Assembly (NCBI GenBank): GCA_042408215.1 | Contig: JAYFMW010000003.1 | Coordinates: forward strand, 192,001-256,000 | Origin: Microcoleus sp. | Lineage (GTDB): Bacteria > Cyanobacteriota > Cyanobacteriia > Cyanobacteriales > Microcoleaceae | Length of the DNA: 64,000 bases | Direction of reading: 5' to 3' | Part shown: one piece after another, positions 42,562 to 52,850 of the stretch | Layout of the letters: every line of letters begins with the position of its first letter | Numbering within the stretch: position 1 is the first letter of the stretch | Made by a program: the position numbers and the translations under genes | Notes under the pieces: generated by a model | Database searches by the model: none | Seen by the model: the letters and a program-made list of their open reading frames with translations, nothing else | Told to the model about the DNA's origin: nothing

Positions 42562-42766
42562 TCTGGAATGAGGAGATTTCTTCACGACTATCTTTAAATC
42601 GCTCCATACTTACCCTGTTTGGACATTTGAACAATACCTATGCAACCGGAAATGATCTGATCTCATTTACGGTTGTTTTGGAATGATTTAACCGCAGAGA
42701 CCGCAGAGACCGCAGAGAAAGAGAAGAGAGAGATAATTCTGGTATAACCGGAATTGATACCACACA

Positions 42767-42822
42767 TTCTTCCTTCTTCCTTCTTCCTTCTTCCTTCTTC
42801 CTTCTTCCTTCTTCCTTCTTCC
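42767..42822. repeat. STRR heptamer (TTCTTCC)x8
   Basis: Eight perfect tandem copies. Confidence 0.95.
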
Positions 42823-42828
42823 TTCTAC

Positions 42829-43149
42829 TTACTTCAAATAAAGAGATGTTTGATATAAAACTTGTTCTTGATGGGTTAACAAAGTGCAGTCAGAAAGCGG
42901 GTAAGCCACGCAAGTAACAGCGTAGCCAGCTTGCAATTCTAAGGGCTTCAAAAACTTTTGTTCGCTTTGGTCGATTTCGCCGCTAAGCAGCTTGACAACG
43001 CAGGCAGAACACTCTCCTTGCTTGCATCCATTCGGCAAGCGGATGCCGGCATCTTCTGCCATATCTAAGATATACTGGTCGTCTGGTACTGCGATCGTGC
43101 GATCGAGAGCGAGCTCCTGATTCACCAACCGAACTTGATAAACTGCCAT
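42829..43149 (-). CDS. Plant-type 2Fe-2S ferredoxin
   Basis: CKQGECSAC...C; YILDMAE; ATG 43149 after GAGG. Confidence 0.92.
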   Translation of the reverse strand: MAVYQVRLVNQELALDRTIAVPDDQYILDMAEDAGIRLPNGCKQGECSACVVKLLSGEIDQSEQKFLKPLELQAGYAVTCVAYPLSDCTLLTHQEQVLYQTSLYLK

Positions 43150-43377
43150 TTTTTCCTCTGGACTAAAGTCAAGTGTCACACTTCTATCGAGTTGTATGGT
43201 GCGTCAGACGCAGTTCTAGGGTGATGATTCAAGGTCTTGGATCTGACGCACCCTACTAATTATGCCAGTTGCGTAAGTCATTTTCCTCTTGAATCTGGAT
43301 TGCTTGTATTTAATGAATAGCTCCCCGACTTCGCCGAAGTTGTCGGGGAGCTAACTCTGATTTTACATTGATTATAT

Positions 43378-44025
43378 CTAAACAAGTGCTTCTTGATAAT
43401 CGAGATTTTCATCGAGATAAATAGCTCGAATATCCTCCGGCAAATTTGCTTCGAGAGTTTGATATCCTTTTTGCAGCAAAGCCCTTACCTGAGCCGGCGA
43501 AATAGCTTCACCTTCTGCTTGTAAATAAGCTGCAATTCTGGTTTCGCTCCAGCGGAAAGTCTGAGCCATCAACACAACTAAACGCGGTAGCGGTGCTAAC
43601 AATTCTAAAGCTTGTTTGACGTAACACCACAGAGGAGGCGGAGCCGATTGCAAAGAATAATGAATCCTCTCAACAGGAGGCAATTCGGCTTGATTAATGC
43701 AGATAGCGGTGACATTAATTAACCAGTTTTGGAGACTGAGATTTCCGCCATCAGACTCTTGGATTTCGCGGCGCAAATCGAGGCCTCGGAGTTCGTGATA
43801 GATGTGCAGCCAAGTGTGGGCGAATAGGTAATCTCCTTGTACGGGCGATCGCACAGAATGGCGGATCAGCGAGTGAACTATTTGAGCGTAGCGGCAAAAA
43901 ATTGCAGTGAAGTATCTACCCTGGTCGGGATAATTTTGAAACAGGGTTAATAATTCCTGGTCGCTGTGATGGAACAGAGATTTGACAACAGGATGGTTAA
44001 TCTCGGAAAAATTAGGTGTTTGCAC
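43378..44025 (-). CDS. Degenerate sigma-70/ECF-like protein (region 2- and region 4-like segments)
   Basis: SDQELL..F, FCRY...V, LQNWLINVT and a C-terminal WSETRIAAYL HTH-like segment; GTG start inferred. Confidence 0.6.
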   Translation of the reverse strand: MQTPNFSEINHPVVKSLFHHSDQELLTLFQNYPDQGRYFTAIFCRYAQIVHSLIRHSVRSPVQGDYLFAHTWLHIYHELRGLDLRREIQESDGGNLSLQNWLINVTAICINQAELPPVERIHYSLQSAPPPLWCYVKQALELLAPLPRLVVLMAQTFRWSETRIAAYLQAEGEAISPAQVRALLQKGYQTLEANLPEDIRAIYLDENLDYQEALV

Positions 44026-44133
44026 AATTGTTCTGGAATGGTTTGGTAATAAATATTGAAATAGTACCATATCCTCCGCCGCCCGGTGTTTAGATCGCAA
44101 ACACATCTCCAGGCTGCGATCGCACTTGCTCCG

Positions 44134-45417
44134 CTAAGGTTTTTGATCTGGCTGCGGCTGCTTTTCCGCAGGTTTTATTGCTCCAAATCGCTGCAATGTG
44201 TGGGTGTACCAGTCGATATCCCGCCAAGTTGTAAATTTGGCGCTGTTTTGATCGCATTTTTGCTTTACGGTTGTCAAACTTGCTGTGTCGCTTTTAGTTG
44301 CTTCCAGCACCTGGAATAAGATGCAGTGAGCTAGCCCTTCTTGGTTCTCAAGCGGCTTTTTTTCGTCAAGATAGATCGCTTTTTTGAGGTTCTCAGTAGC
44401 TGCGGTGTAGTCTTTTTTTTGTAATAGCGTCCATCCCAAATTTTTGTATAATTTGTATTTCACTTCCTCGGTTTGACTGGTCTCCAAACCGAGACGAAAC
44501 ATGGTCTCAGCTTCGGTGTAGTCTTGTTTGAGAAAAGCTAACCGCCCCAAATTGTTAAAAGCTTTGTGTTGGTTTCCGGATAAGGCAGTTTGATACGCTG
44601 TTTTAGCCTCGTCAAATTTGAGCATGGCTTCGTAAACTTCGCCCCGATACAGGTAAAAATCAGCATTCTGCGGGTCGAGGGCGATCGCTTGGTCGAAGTT
44701 ATTTCGTGCTTGGTCTAACTGACCTTGAGCCAGATGTTTTTGCCCGTTTTTACTGTAATATTTAGCAAGACTTGGCAGGGAAGCGTTGAGAGCGATCGCG
44801 CTCAGCAGCATGATTGCTGACAAGCCACAAGTAAATTCAGACTGGTATTTGAGAGGAATTTTCCAATTCTTGAGCAAGCGCTCAACAAATTGCTGCCCCC
44901 CTTTCGTCAACGAGCCCCCTGCTACCAGCAGCGTCAGCCCGCTTTGGCTGAGCATCCCAAATGCTTCGGCGATCCCGACGCCGCCTGCTGCAAACCGTGG
45001 TTGAATGCTGCCAATAAAGCTGGTAGTCGTTACTAAGCAAGCAATGCTCAGCAATTGCCACAGCCAGTCCCACTGTTTTGACGGCGGCTGGAGTTGGTCG
45101 ATGTACCACCACCATGCGATTTGGGGGGGATTGAAACTGCGCCGCCACTTATCGAACTCGACTGCTTCGTTAATTGACTCAGCCTGTTCTTTTAAGCGAT
45201 CGTCTAACCGAAGTACAGCAACTAAACTTTCAGCAGGAGGCTGAGTTGTTTTGGAGAGGGCGGAACTCGCGTTATCCCGGGCTGCGAGAACTTCTAGGAC
45301 TTTTTCTGGCTGTGGATTTGATGCCTTCTCGATCGCGCTCAGGGCTGCCTCATAGCGAGCGATTGCACAATCTAAATCCGAAGTAACTTGTGCCTCTGAA
45401 TTTGCATCAATAGCCAT
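44134..45417 (-). CDS. Membrane-anchored TPR protein
   Basis: Central TM segments followed by TPRs (FDQAIALDP, AFNNLG, YKNLG). Confidence 0.8.
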   Translation of the reverse strand: MAIDANSEAQVTSDLDCAIARYEAALSAIEKASNPQPEKVLEVLAARDNASSALSKTTQPPAESLVAVLRLDDRLKEQAESINEAVEFDKWRRSFNPPQIAWWWYIDQLQPPSKQWDWLWQLLSIACLVTTTSFIGSIQPRFAAGGVGIAEAFGMLSQSGLTLLVAGGSLTKGGQQFVERLLKNWKIPLKYQSEFTCGLSAIMLLSAIALNASLPSLAKYYSKNGQKHLAQGQLDQARNNFDQAIALDPQNADFYLYRGEVYEAMLKFDEAKTAYQTALSGNQHKAFNNLGRLAFLKQDYTEAETMFRLGLETSQTEEVKYKLYKNLGWTLLQKKDYTAATENLKKAIYLDEKKPLENQEGLAHCILFQVLEATKSDTASLTTVKQKCDQNSAKFTTWRDIDWYTHTLQRFGAIKPAEKQPQPDQKP

Positions 45418-45546
45418 CGCACCTTAACTCATAAATTGTGAAACCGTCAACTATCTTAGGACAGTCTATACTATCTCGCAAGCCTTTAACTGTAAATTGG
45501 CGTTAAAAATGTGCGATCGCATCCTAAGTTTGTTCTGAATTACTAT

Positions 45547-48500
45547 TTAGATACAACCACCATATCCTCCACCCCCCGGAGTCTCGATCGCAAACACATC
45601 CCCAGCCTGCATTTCCACAGTCGCCGTACTCCCCAACTCCTCAACTTTTCCATCCAATCTTTCAACATAATTCCGCCCCAAAACACCGTTTCCCCCACCA
45701 TTCAAACCGCAAGGATAAATCACCCGCCTCCCCGATAAAATCCCCGCCGTCATCGCCTCCCGAAACCGCACTCGCCGCACAACTCCATTACCCCCGCGAT
45801 GACATCCATTCCCCCCGCTATTAGCCCGAATTGCAAAACTTTCCAACAACACCGGAAAGCGCCATTCTAATACTTCAGGATCGGTTAAACGCGAATTAGT
45901 CATGTGAGTTTGCACCGCATCCGTACCATCAAAATTTACACCCGCACCCGCACCGCCACAAATAGTTTCATAATATTGATAACGCTCATTTCCAAAAGTA
46001 AAATTATTCATAGTTCCCTGAGAAGCCGCCATCACTCCCAAAGCACAATACAAAGCATCGGTAATATTCTGCGAAGTTTCCACATTACCTGCAACTACCG
46101 CCGCCGGATAGCGAGGATTCAGCATACAGCCTTCGGGATTGATGATTTCGAGAGGTTTCAAACAGCCCGCATTCAGAGGGATATCGTCATCTACTAATGT
46201 ACGGAAAACATACAAAACCGCAGCTTTGCAAACCGCTGCGGGAGCATTAAAATTGTTGGTTTGTTGAGGAGAAGTGCCAGTAAAATCTATTTTCGCACTG
46301 CGGGCAGATTTGTCAATAGTAATAGCTACTTTAATCTGTCCGCCACTATCCATCGGATAAGTAAACTCGCCATTTTTCAAAACATCAATTACCCGTCGCA
46401 CCGACTCCTCAGCATTGTCTTGTACGAAGCCCATATAAGCTTGTACTGTTTCTAATCCGTAATGTTCTACCATCTTGATAAGTTCTTCTGCACCGCGCTT
46501 GTTAGCAGCAATTTGTGCTTGCAAATCGGCGATATTTTGAGCGGAATTGCGAACAGGCAAATTCCCAGTTTTCAGAAGTTCTAGTAATTGTTGTTCTTGG
46601 AATTTTCCCTCCCTTACTAGCTGAAAATTGTCAAGCAATACGCCTTCCTGAGTTACTGTTGTGCTGTTAGGAGGCATGGAACCGGGAGTAATGCCGCCGA
46701 TGTCGGCGTGATGTCCCCGCGAGGCTACATAGAAGAGAGGAAGGGAATTAGTATTATCAAAAACTGGGGTAATAACGGTGATATCTGGCAGGTGCGTGCC
46801 GCCGTTATAGGGATTATTAGACACATAAACGTCCCCAGATTTAATAGTAGATTGTTTTGCTACAATTAAAGCTGAAACGCTTTCGCTCATCGAACCTAGA
46901 TGCACGGGAATATGCGGCGCATTGGCTACTAATTGCCCGTTTTGGTCGAAGATTGCACAGGAAAAATCGAGGCGTTCTTTAATGTTTACAGAAGAACTTG
47001 TGTTTTGTAAAGTGATGCCCATTTGTTCGGCGATGGCGCGAAACAAGTTATTAAATATTTCCAGCAAAACCGGGTCTGATTTTACCGCAGATAAACGCGA
47101 ATCAACGCGGATATTATCTGCGTTAATCTGCGTTAATCTGCGGTTCAAAATTAAATCATTTCTCTCTGTTAATTCCGCTTCCCATCCAGGCTCGATCGCA
47201 TTCGTTCCCGTGGCTTCAACAATCAGGGCTGGGCCAGTAATGCAGTCGTGCGATCGCAAATTTTCTCTCTGATAAACAGGCGTTTTCTGCCACCCGCCAG
47301 CAACATACATTTGCACCGTTGAAATTGGCTGCACAGGCAAGATGCCTGTGCCACAAGAAGAGGCAATTATTGGTTCATTTTGTACATCCATTGTTTCTAC
47401 AACTTCCACCGAAACTGCTTCGACAATTAGCGCTTTTTCTGGCATAATAAAACTGTAACGCTGTCGGTGTGCCGCTTCAAATTCAGCCTGCATCGCCTCA
47501 AAACTTGCAGCAAAATTTACCGCCAAAACCGAATCACTTCCCTGATATTTTAAATGCAGCTTCCTAACAACTAAAACTTCCTCCTCTTCCTCTGTGCCCT
47601 CTGCGCCTCTGCGGTTCAATTCCCTCTTTCCCTCAGCCTCCAATTCGGCTAAAATATGATGCAAATCAGTAATTAATTCGAGACTTAATTGTTGCTCGAT
47701 CGCCCTTTCGCGAATTGCCCGCACATCAGCCAAACCCATACCGTAAGCCGACAACACCCCTGCATAAGGGTGAATAAATACCCGTTTCATGCCCAAAGCA
47801 TCGGCGATCGCACAAGCGTGTTGGCCACCCGCACCCCCGAAACAGCACAATGTATATTCCGAAACATCATAACCGCGCTGAAGTGAGATTTTTTTCACCG
47901 CATTAGCCATCTTTTCAACGGCGATCGCCAAAAAACCCTCCGCCACCTGTTCCGGTGTCTTCTCGCCCCCAATTTCCCCCGCTAATTGCACAAATTTTTG
48001 CTTGACTACATCAGAGGCGATCGGCAAATCTCCATGCAATCCAAAAACTTTCGGGAAAAAATCAGGCTGAATTTTCCCCAACATCACATTGCAATCAGTC
48101 ACCGTCAAAGGCCCACCTTTGCGATAGCAAGCAGGCCCAGGATTCGCCCCCGCAGAAGCGGGCCCGACGCGGTAGCGAGCACCGTCAAAAAATAGAATTG
48201 AACCGCCACCAGCGGCGACAGTGTGAATTGCCATCACGGGCGATCGTAATCTTACCCCAGCAATTTCTGTCTCAAATTCTCGTTCATATTCGCCGTTAAA
48301 ATGGGCAACATCTGTGGAAGTTCCGCCCATATCAAAGGTAATAATTTTCTCAAAACCTGCGATTTTACTGGTTTTAACTGCACCGACAATTCCCCCAGCC
48401 GGGCCGGATAAAATGCTATTTTTTCCTTGAAATTGTGCGGCATCAACTAAGCCGCCATTCGACTGCATAAACATTAATTTAGGGAATGGGGAATGGGGCA

Positions 48501-49290
48501 TTGGGAATTGGGCATTGGGCATAGGGGGCGGGCAGGAGGAGGGCGGGCACGGGGGCACCGCCCCTACAGATAATTGGCTGGTTATTTGTTCTACATAGCG
48601 ACGTAAAATCGGAGATAAATAAGCATCAACAACCGCAGTATCTCCCCGGAAAATTAGTTTCATCAGCGGGCTAACTTCGTGAGATACTGATATTTGGGTA
48701 AAGCCAATTTCCTGAGCTATTGCGGCAACTTGTTTTTCGTGTTCCGAGTAGCGGTAGCCGTGCATGAAGACGATCGCACAACTGCGAATTCCATCATCAT
48801 AGGCTTGCTGTAAAGACGGGATAAAATGGGGATTGACAGCAATTAACTCTTCACCTTGAGCACTGTAGCGTTCTTCTACTTCCATTACTTTTTCATAAAG
48901 CATTTCTGGTAAAACAATGTGACGGGCGAAGATATTGGGGCGATTTTGATAGCCAATTCTCAAAGCATCGCGAAAACCTTTAGTAATGATTAATAAAGTG
49001 CGATCGCCTTTTCTTTCTAATAAGGCATTTGTCGCCACCGTCGTCCCCATTTTAACCGCTTCAATTTGTGCCGCAGGTATAGGAACATCTCCAGCAATTC
49101 CCAAAATGTCGCGAATTCCTTGAACTGCCGCATCAATGTAGCGATCGGGATTTTCAGATAGCAATTTGTGAATGACTAATTTACCATCAGGGCCTTTAGC
49201 AACAATATCAGTAAAAGTGCCACCGCGATCGATCCAAAATTGCCAGCCAGTGCGATCGCCAAAAACAGCATTCATATCTTTATCACTCAT
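45547..49290 (-). CDS. 5-oxoprolinase (fused hydantoinase A/B family)
   Basis: [47 protein letters not shown]. Confidence 0.95.
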   Translation of the reverse strand: MSDKDMNAVFGDRTGWQFWIDRGGTFTDIVAKGPDGKLVIHKLLSENPDRYIDAAVQGIRDILGIAGDVPIPAAQIEAVKMGTTVATNALLERKGDRTLLIITKGFRDALRIGYQNRPNIFARHIVLPEMLYEKVMEVEERYSAQGEELIAVNPHFIPSLQQAYDDGIRSCAIVFMHGYRYSEHEKQVAAIAQEIGFTQISVSHEVSPLMKLIFRGDTAVVDAYLSPILRRYVEQITSQLSVGAVPPCPPSSCPPPMPNAQFPMPHSPFPKLMFMQSNGGLVDAAQFQGKNSILSGPAGGIVGAVKTSKIAGFEKIITFDMGGTSTDVAHFNGEYEREFETEIAGVRLRSPVMAIHTVAAGGGSILFFDGARYRVGPASAGANPGPACYRKGGPLTVTDCNVMLGKIQPDFFPKVFGLHGDLPIASDVVKQKFVQLAGEIGGEKTPEQVAEGFLAIAVEKMANAVKKISLQRGYDVSEYTLCCFGGAGGQHACAIADALGMKRVFIHPYAGVLSAYGMGLADVRAIRERAIEQQLSLELITDLHHILAELEAEGKRELNRRGAEGTEEEEEVLVVRKLHLKYQGSDSVLAVNFAASFEAMQAEFEAAHRQRYSFIMPEKALIVEAVSVEVVETMDVQNEPIIASSCGTGILPVQPISTVQMYVAGGWQKTPVYQRENLRSHDCITGPALIVEATGTNAIEPGWEAELTERNDLILNRRLTQINADNIRVDSRLSAVKSDPVLLEIFNNLFRAIAEQMGITLQNTSSSVNIKERLDFSCAIFDQNGQLVANAPHIPVHLGSMSESVSALIVAKQSTIKSGDVYVSNNPYNGGTHLPDITVITPVFDNTNSLPLFYVASRGHHADIGGITPGSMPPNSTTVTQEGVLLDNFQLVREGKFQEQQLLELLKTGNLPVRNSAQNIADLQAQIAANKRGAEELIKMVEHYGLETVQAYMGFVQDNAEESVRRVIDVLKNGEFTYPMDSGGQIKVAITIDKSARSAKIDFTGTSPQQTNNFNAPAAVCKAAVLYVFRTLVDDDIPLNAGCLKPLEIINPEGCMLNPRYPAAVVAGNVETSQNITDALYCALGVMAASQGTMNNFTFGNERYQYYETICGGAGAGVNFDGTDAVQTHMTNSRLTDPEVLEWRFPVLLESFAIRANSGGNGCHRGGNGVVRRVRFREAMTAGILSGRRVIYPCGLNGGGNGVLGRNYVERLDGKVEELGSTATVEMQAGDVFAIETPGGGGYGGCI

Positions 49291-49347
49291 CTTCTCTTTT
49301 CTTCCTTCGCGCCCTTAGCGCCTTCGCGGTTCGTTCAAATAAAACTG

Positions 49348-50241
49348 CTATATATATCGAATAGCCCCAACCAGCCCCCGACAAACACCAGCCAAAAAAT
49401 CCAAATCCAAAGTCTCAATTTTATCGCTTGCTTGATGATAGTGAGGATTTCGCATATTAGCCGTATCCGTCACCATTATAGCCCGATAACCATTATCCCA
49501 GAAAGGAGCATGATCGCTGCGGCGAGTATCGGCGACAATTAAACCTCGATTCGGCACCGGCAGCCACTCGCAGCGCTGGCCAGATTTGCGAATTTTACCA
49601 CTTAAATTAATCAGATCTGGAACAGTCCGCAAATTGCCAATTAAAGCAATAAAATTGCCGCTATTTGGATAAAAATATTTCAAGCCAGCGGGATAGTTTT
49701 GAGAATTAGAATTATGATTGCAGTAACCTAACATTTCCAAGGAAATCATTAATCGCAGTGGCTGTTTTTGTGCTTGTAACTTAGCAGCATAATGCTTGCT
49801 ACCAAACAAGCCGTATTCTTCCATATCAAAGGCGACTAATTGCACTGGATATTTGAGAGGGCGAGCGACGAACTCTGCCGCCAACTCCAGCAAAACAGCA
49901 ACTCCCGTAGCATTATCATCCGCCCCCGGACTACCCGGTACTGTATCGTAATGAGCGCCTATTAAAATCGTCGGCAACCCCTTCTTAATCCGCTTTTCAA
50001 TCCCCGGATTGTCTTGCTTCCCCCCCTTAGCAAGGGGGGGACTGAGGGGGGGTAAATTCAAAATCAAATTGTGATGAATTCGGCCGCGCAACGAAAAATC
50101 GTCAATTTCTACAGTTCCCCACTGTGCTAACTGTTCGCGAATGTATTGCTGGACATAAAAATGTCCTGCTGATGCGAGATATGGGTTGCGATCGCGGACA
50201 ATTTGAATCAGATGATTGTGCAAGCGTTCCTTGAGATCCAT
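49348..50241 (-). CDS. M28 family peptidase
   Basis: GAHYDT, GADDNATG, DMEE, SLEM, RSDHAPF, HYH. Confidence 0.92.
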   Translation of the reverse strand: MDLKERLHNHLIQIVRDRNPYLASAGHFYVQQYIREQLAQWGTVEIDDFSLRGRIHHNLILNLPPLSPPLAKGGKQDNPGIEKRIKKGLPTILIGAHYDTVPGSPGADDNATGVAVLLELAAEFVARPLKYPVQLVAFDMEEYGLFGSKHYAAKLQAQKQPLRLMISLEMLGYCNHNSNSQNYPAGLKYFYPNSGNFIALIGNLRTVPDLINLSGKIRKSGQRCEWLPVPNRGLIVADTRRSDHAPFWDNGYRAIMVTDTANMRNPHYHQASDKIETLDLDFLAGVCRGLVGAIRYI

Positions 50242-50314
50242 GCAGTCTGCTACACAACGAGTACAATAAAATTATATTCTGTTTAATCTGGGAAATTCTA
50301 GGAAGACAAGCAAA

Positions 50315-50929
50315 ATGCCCTACAGCGATTTTAGTTTAGAAAAAGTCAAGCGAACCTTTGAACTGACAACTTCAGAAACAGTCGATCTATTCGGAGATAT
50401 ACCTGAATTAGAATGCAGCGCCCTATTGACAGAGACTCTCCGCTACAATGTACCTTTAGCCGTTGCCAGCAACAGCGAAAAAGCGCGCTCTGAAATGATT
50501 ATTTCCCCAATTTTAATCGACCTCAGAAGACAGTTAAGGGAACGAATTAACTTGTTTTCTGGAATAGAGTTTGACGTGGATAGCGAAAGGGGATTAAATG
50601 GGATTTGCGACTTTATTATCAGCAATTCACCAGAAATACTATTTGTCAGCGCTCCCGTAATTACCCTAGTGGAAGCAAAAAAAGAAAATATCACTGCTGG
50701 TTTGGGACAATGCGTGGCGGAAATGTTAGCAGCAAGGATATTTAATGAACGTGCCGGCAATGAAATTTTCACAATTTACGGGGCAGTGACAACTGGGAGT
50801 ATTTGGAAATTTATGAAATTAGAAGGAAGTGTAATTAGGATCGATCTGACTGAATATTACCTCAAAGATGTGAATAAAATTTTGGGGATTTTAGCAATGG
50901 GGGCTGTCTCGCAACCAATTGACGTTTGA
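50315..50929 (+). CDS. PD-(D/E)xK / HsdR-N-like nuclease-fold hypothetical protein
   Basis: SEKARSE, GICDFII, LVEAKKEN, GQCVAEM, YGAVTTG..W.F. Confidence 0.65.
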   Translation: MPYSDFSLEKVKRTFELTTSETVDLFGDIPELECSALLTETLRYNVPLAVASNSEKARSEMIISPILIDLRRQLRERINLFSGIEFDVDSERGLNGICDFIISNSPEILFVSAPVITLVEAKKENITAGLGQCVAEMLAARIFNERAGNEIFTIYGAVTTGSIWKFMKLEGSVIRIDLTEYYLKDVNKILGILAMGAVSQPIDV

Positions 50930-50989
50930 GTGCGATCGGCAGTAAAATTAAGTCAGGTTAAACAAACACAAGTATCAAGCTATAAAACC

Positions 50990-52141
50990 ATGCTAGAAAC
51001 AGTTAGAATAGAAAATTACAAATCAATTCAAAAGCTCAAACTGGAGTTAGGACGAGTAACTGTATTGATTGGTGAAAATGGTTGCGGCAAGAGCAATATT
51101 CTAGAGGCGATCGCCCTTGCTTCTGCTGCGGCTGATGACAAGCTGGATAACGAGTTTTTGGCATCTAGGGGTATTAGGGTGACAGAACCTCAATTTATGC
51201 GATCGGCTTTTGAAAAAGATAATTCTGCACGCGATATCCAACTCTCTTTATTAGGACAAGATAGCCAAGAATTTAGTTTTGTACTCCACAATGAAAATCA
51301 GCCCTATTCTCAGTGGCTAAATCAAGAAGCGGACAAGAGATTTATTCTCAAATTTAGAGAGTATTTTAATACATTTGACGGCAATAAAGAAGAATTAATA
51401 AAAAGTTTATTGGATGACGATCGAAAATTTATTAATATTTTTAAGGAACCAATTAGCAAACTAATTGATTCAGTAAAACTACACAACTTTTTGATTTATT
51501 CTCCAGAGAATTACTCTTTGCGGATATTTGAACGAGAAGATCAAATTCAACCGCTAGGGATTTACGGTGAAGGCTTATTTAAGCTATTACAAGTTTTGAG
51601 TTTAGAAGAAAATCAGGAAAAACTTACAGAAATTAAGGCTTTACTTCGGTTAATAGATTGGTTTAAAGATTTTGAGATTCCTCGCACCTATAGCGAATTT
51701 GAATACAGCCTTCAAATCGCAGACAGATACTTAGACCCGGATCTAACTTATTTCGACCAAAGGAGTTCTAATGAAGGGTTTTTGTTTTTGCTTTTTTACT
51801 TTACTTTATTTATTAGCGATATCACACCTAAATTTTTTGCAATTGACAATATAGATGCTTCTCTAAACCCTCGATTATGCCGCAGGTTAATGCAAGAATT
51901 AGTTGAATTAGCAAAAAAACACGACAAACAAGTTATATTTACAACTCACAACCCGGCAGTTTTGGACGGTTTAGATTTAGATGATGATGAACAGCGGCTG
52001 TTTGTCATTTACCGCAACCAATTAGGACATACTAAAGCCAGACGTATTCTCAAACCTGAACCTCTCGAAGGACAGGAACCTGTAAAACTCTCCGAGGCTT
52101 TTTTGAGGGGCTATATCGGAGGACTTCCTAAGAATTTTTAA
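50990..52141 (+). CDS. ABC/AAA_21-type ATPase
   Basis: IENYKSI, Walker A GENGCGKS, signature-like RSSNEG, Walker B FAIDNID, H-loop TTHNP. Confidence 0.88.
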   Translation: MLETVRIENYKSIQKLKLELGRVTVLIGENGCGKSNILEAIALASAAADDKLDNEFLASRGIRVTEPQFMRSAFEKDNSARDIQLSLLGQDSQEFSFVLHNENQPYSQWLNQEADKRFILKFREYFNTFDGNKEELIKSLLDDDRKFINIFKEPISKLIDSVKLHNFLIYSPENYSLRIFEREDQIQPLGIYGEGLFKLLQVLSLEENQEKLTEIKALLRLIDWFKDFEIPRTYSEFEYSLQIADRYLDPDLTYFDQRSSNEGFLFLLFYFTLFISDITPKFFAIDNIDASLNPRLCRRLMQELVELAKKHDKQVIFTTHNPAVLDGLDLDDDEQRLFVIYRNQLGHTKARRILKPEPLEGQEPVKLSEAFLRGYIGGLPKNF

Positions 52142-52142
52142 T

Positions 52143-52820
52143 ATGATTAGTTTTGGATTAATTACTGAGGGATTGACTGACCAGATTGTGATTGAAAATA
52201 TTTTAGCAGGATATTTCGATAATCCCGATCTAGATATTAGACCGCTTCAACCAGCAAGAGATAAAGATGATGAGAACAAATTTAAAGGTTATGGTAGTTG
52301 GAGTCAAGTTTTTGCTTATTGTCGTTCAAGAGATTTTCAAGAAGCGTTTCAATTTAATAAGTATATAATTATCCAAATAGATACTGATGTTTCAGAAGAT
52401 TATGAAGTCCGTCAGCGAGATGAAAATAATGAGTTTACTCCTGAAGAGTTAATCGCCAAAGTTATTGAAAAGTTTAAAGAGGTAATTGGCGAAGATTTCT
52501 ACAGTAAATGTCAAGATAAAATCATTTGGGCTATATCAGTACACTCTATTGAGTGTTGGTTGCTGCCGCTATATTGTACAGGCAAGAAAAAGTCTAAATT
52601 GAAAAATTGTTTAGGGACGTTAAATCAGGAGCTTGTAAAGAAACATAGTTTTACAATTGACGCTAATGCTAAAAATCCTGAATATTATCGGGAAATTTCA
52701 AAACAATATAGCAAGCATAAAGTTTTGATGGCTTGTTACCAATACAATCCCAGTTTGAAAAGTTTTGTAGTAGAGATTGAAAGCAAAAAAATTGTGATTG
52801 CTTTAGAAGATGACTGGTGA
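52143..52820 (+). CDS. TOPRIM-like (RloB/DUF4276-like) protein
   Basis: N-terminal ITEGLTD, IIQIDTD (DxD), IECWLL; starts 1 nt after the ATPase stop. Confidence 0.6.
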   Translation: MISFGLITEGLTDQIVIENILAGYFDNPDLDIRPLQPARDKDDENKFKGYGSWSQVFAYCRSRDFQEAFQFNKYIIIQIDTDVSEDYEVRQRDENNEFTPEELIAKVIEKFKEVIGEDFYSKCQDKIIWAISVHSIECWLLPLYCTGKKKSKLKNCLGTLNQELVKKHSFTIDANAKNPEYYREISKQYSKHKVLMACYQYNPSLKSFVVEIESKKIVIALEDDW

Positions 52821-52850
52821 AATTTCACAATTCTCCCTAAAATCCACCTG

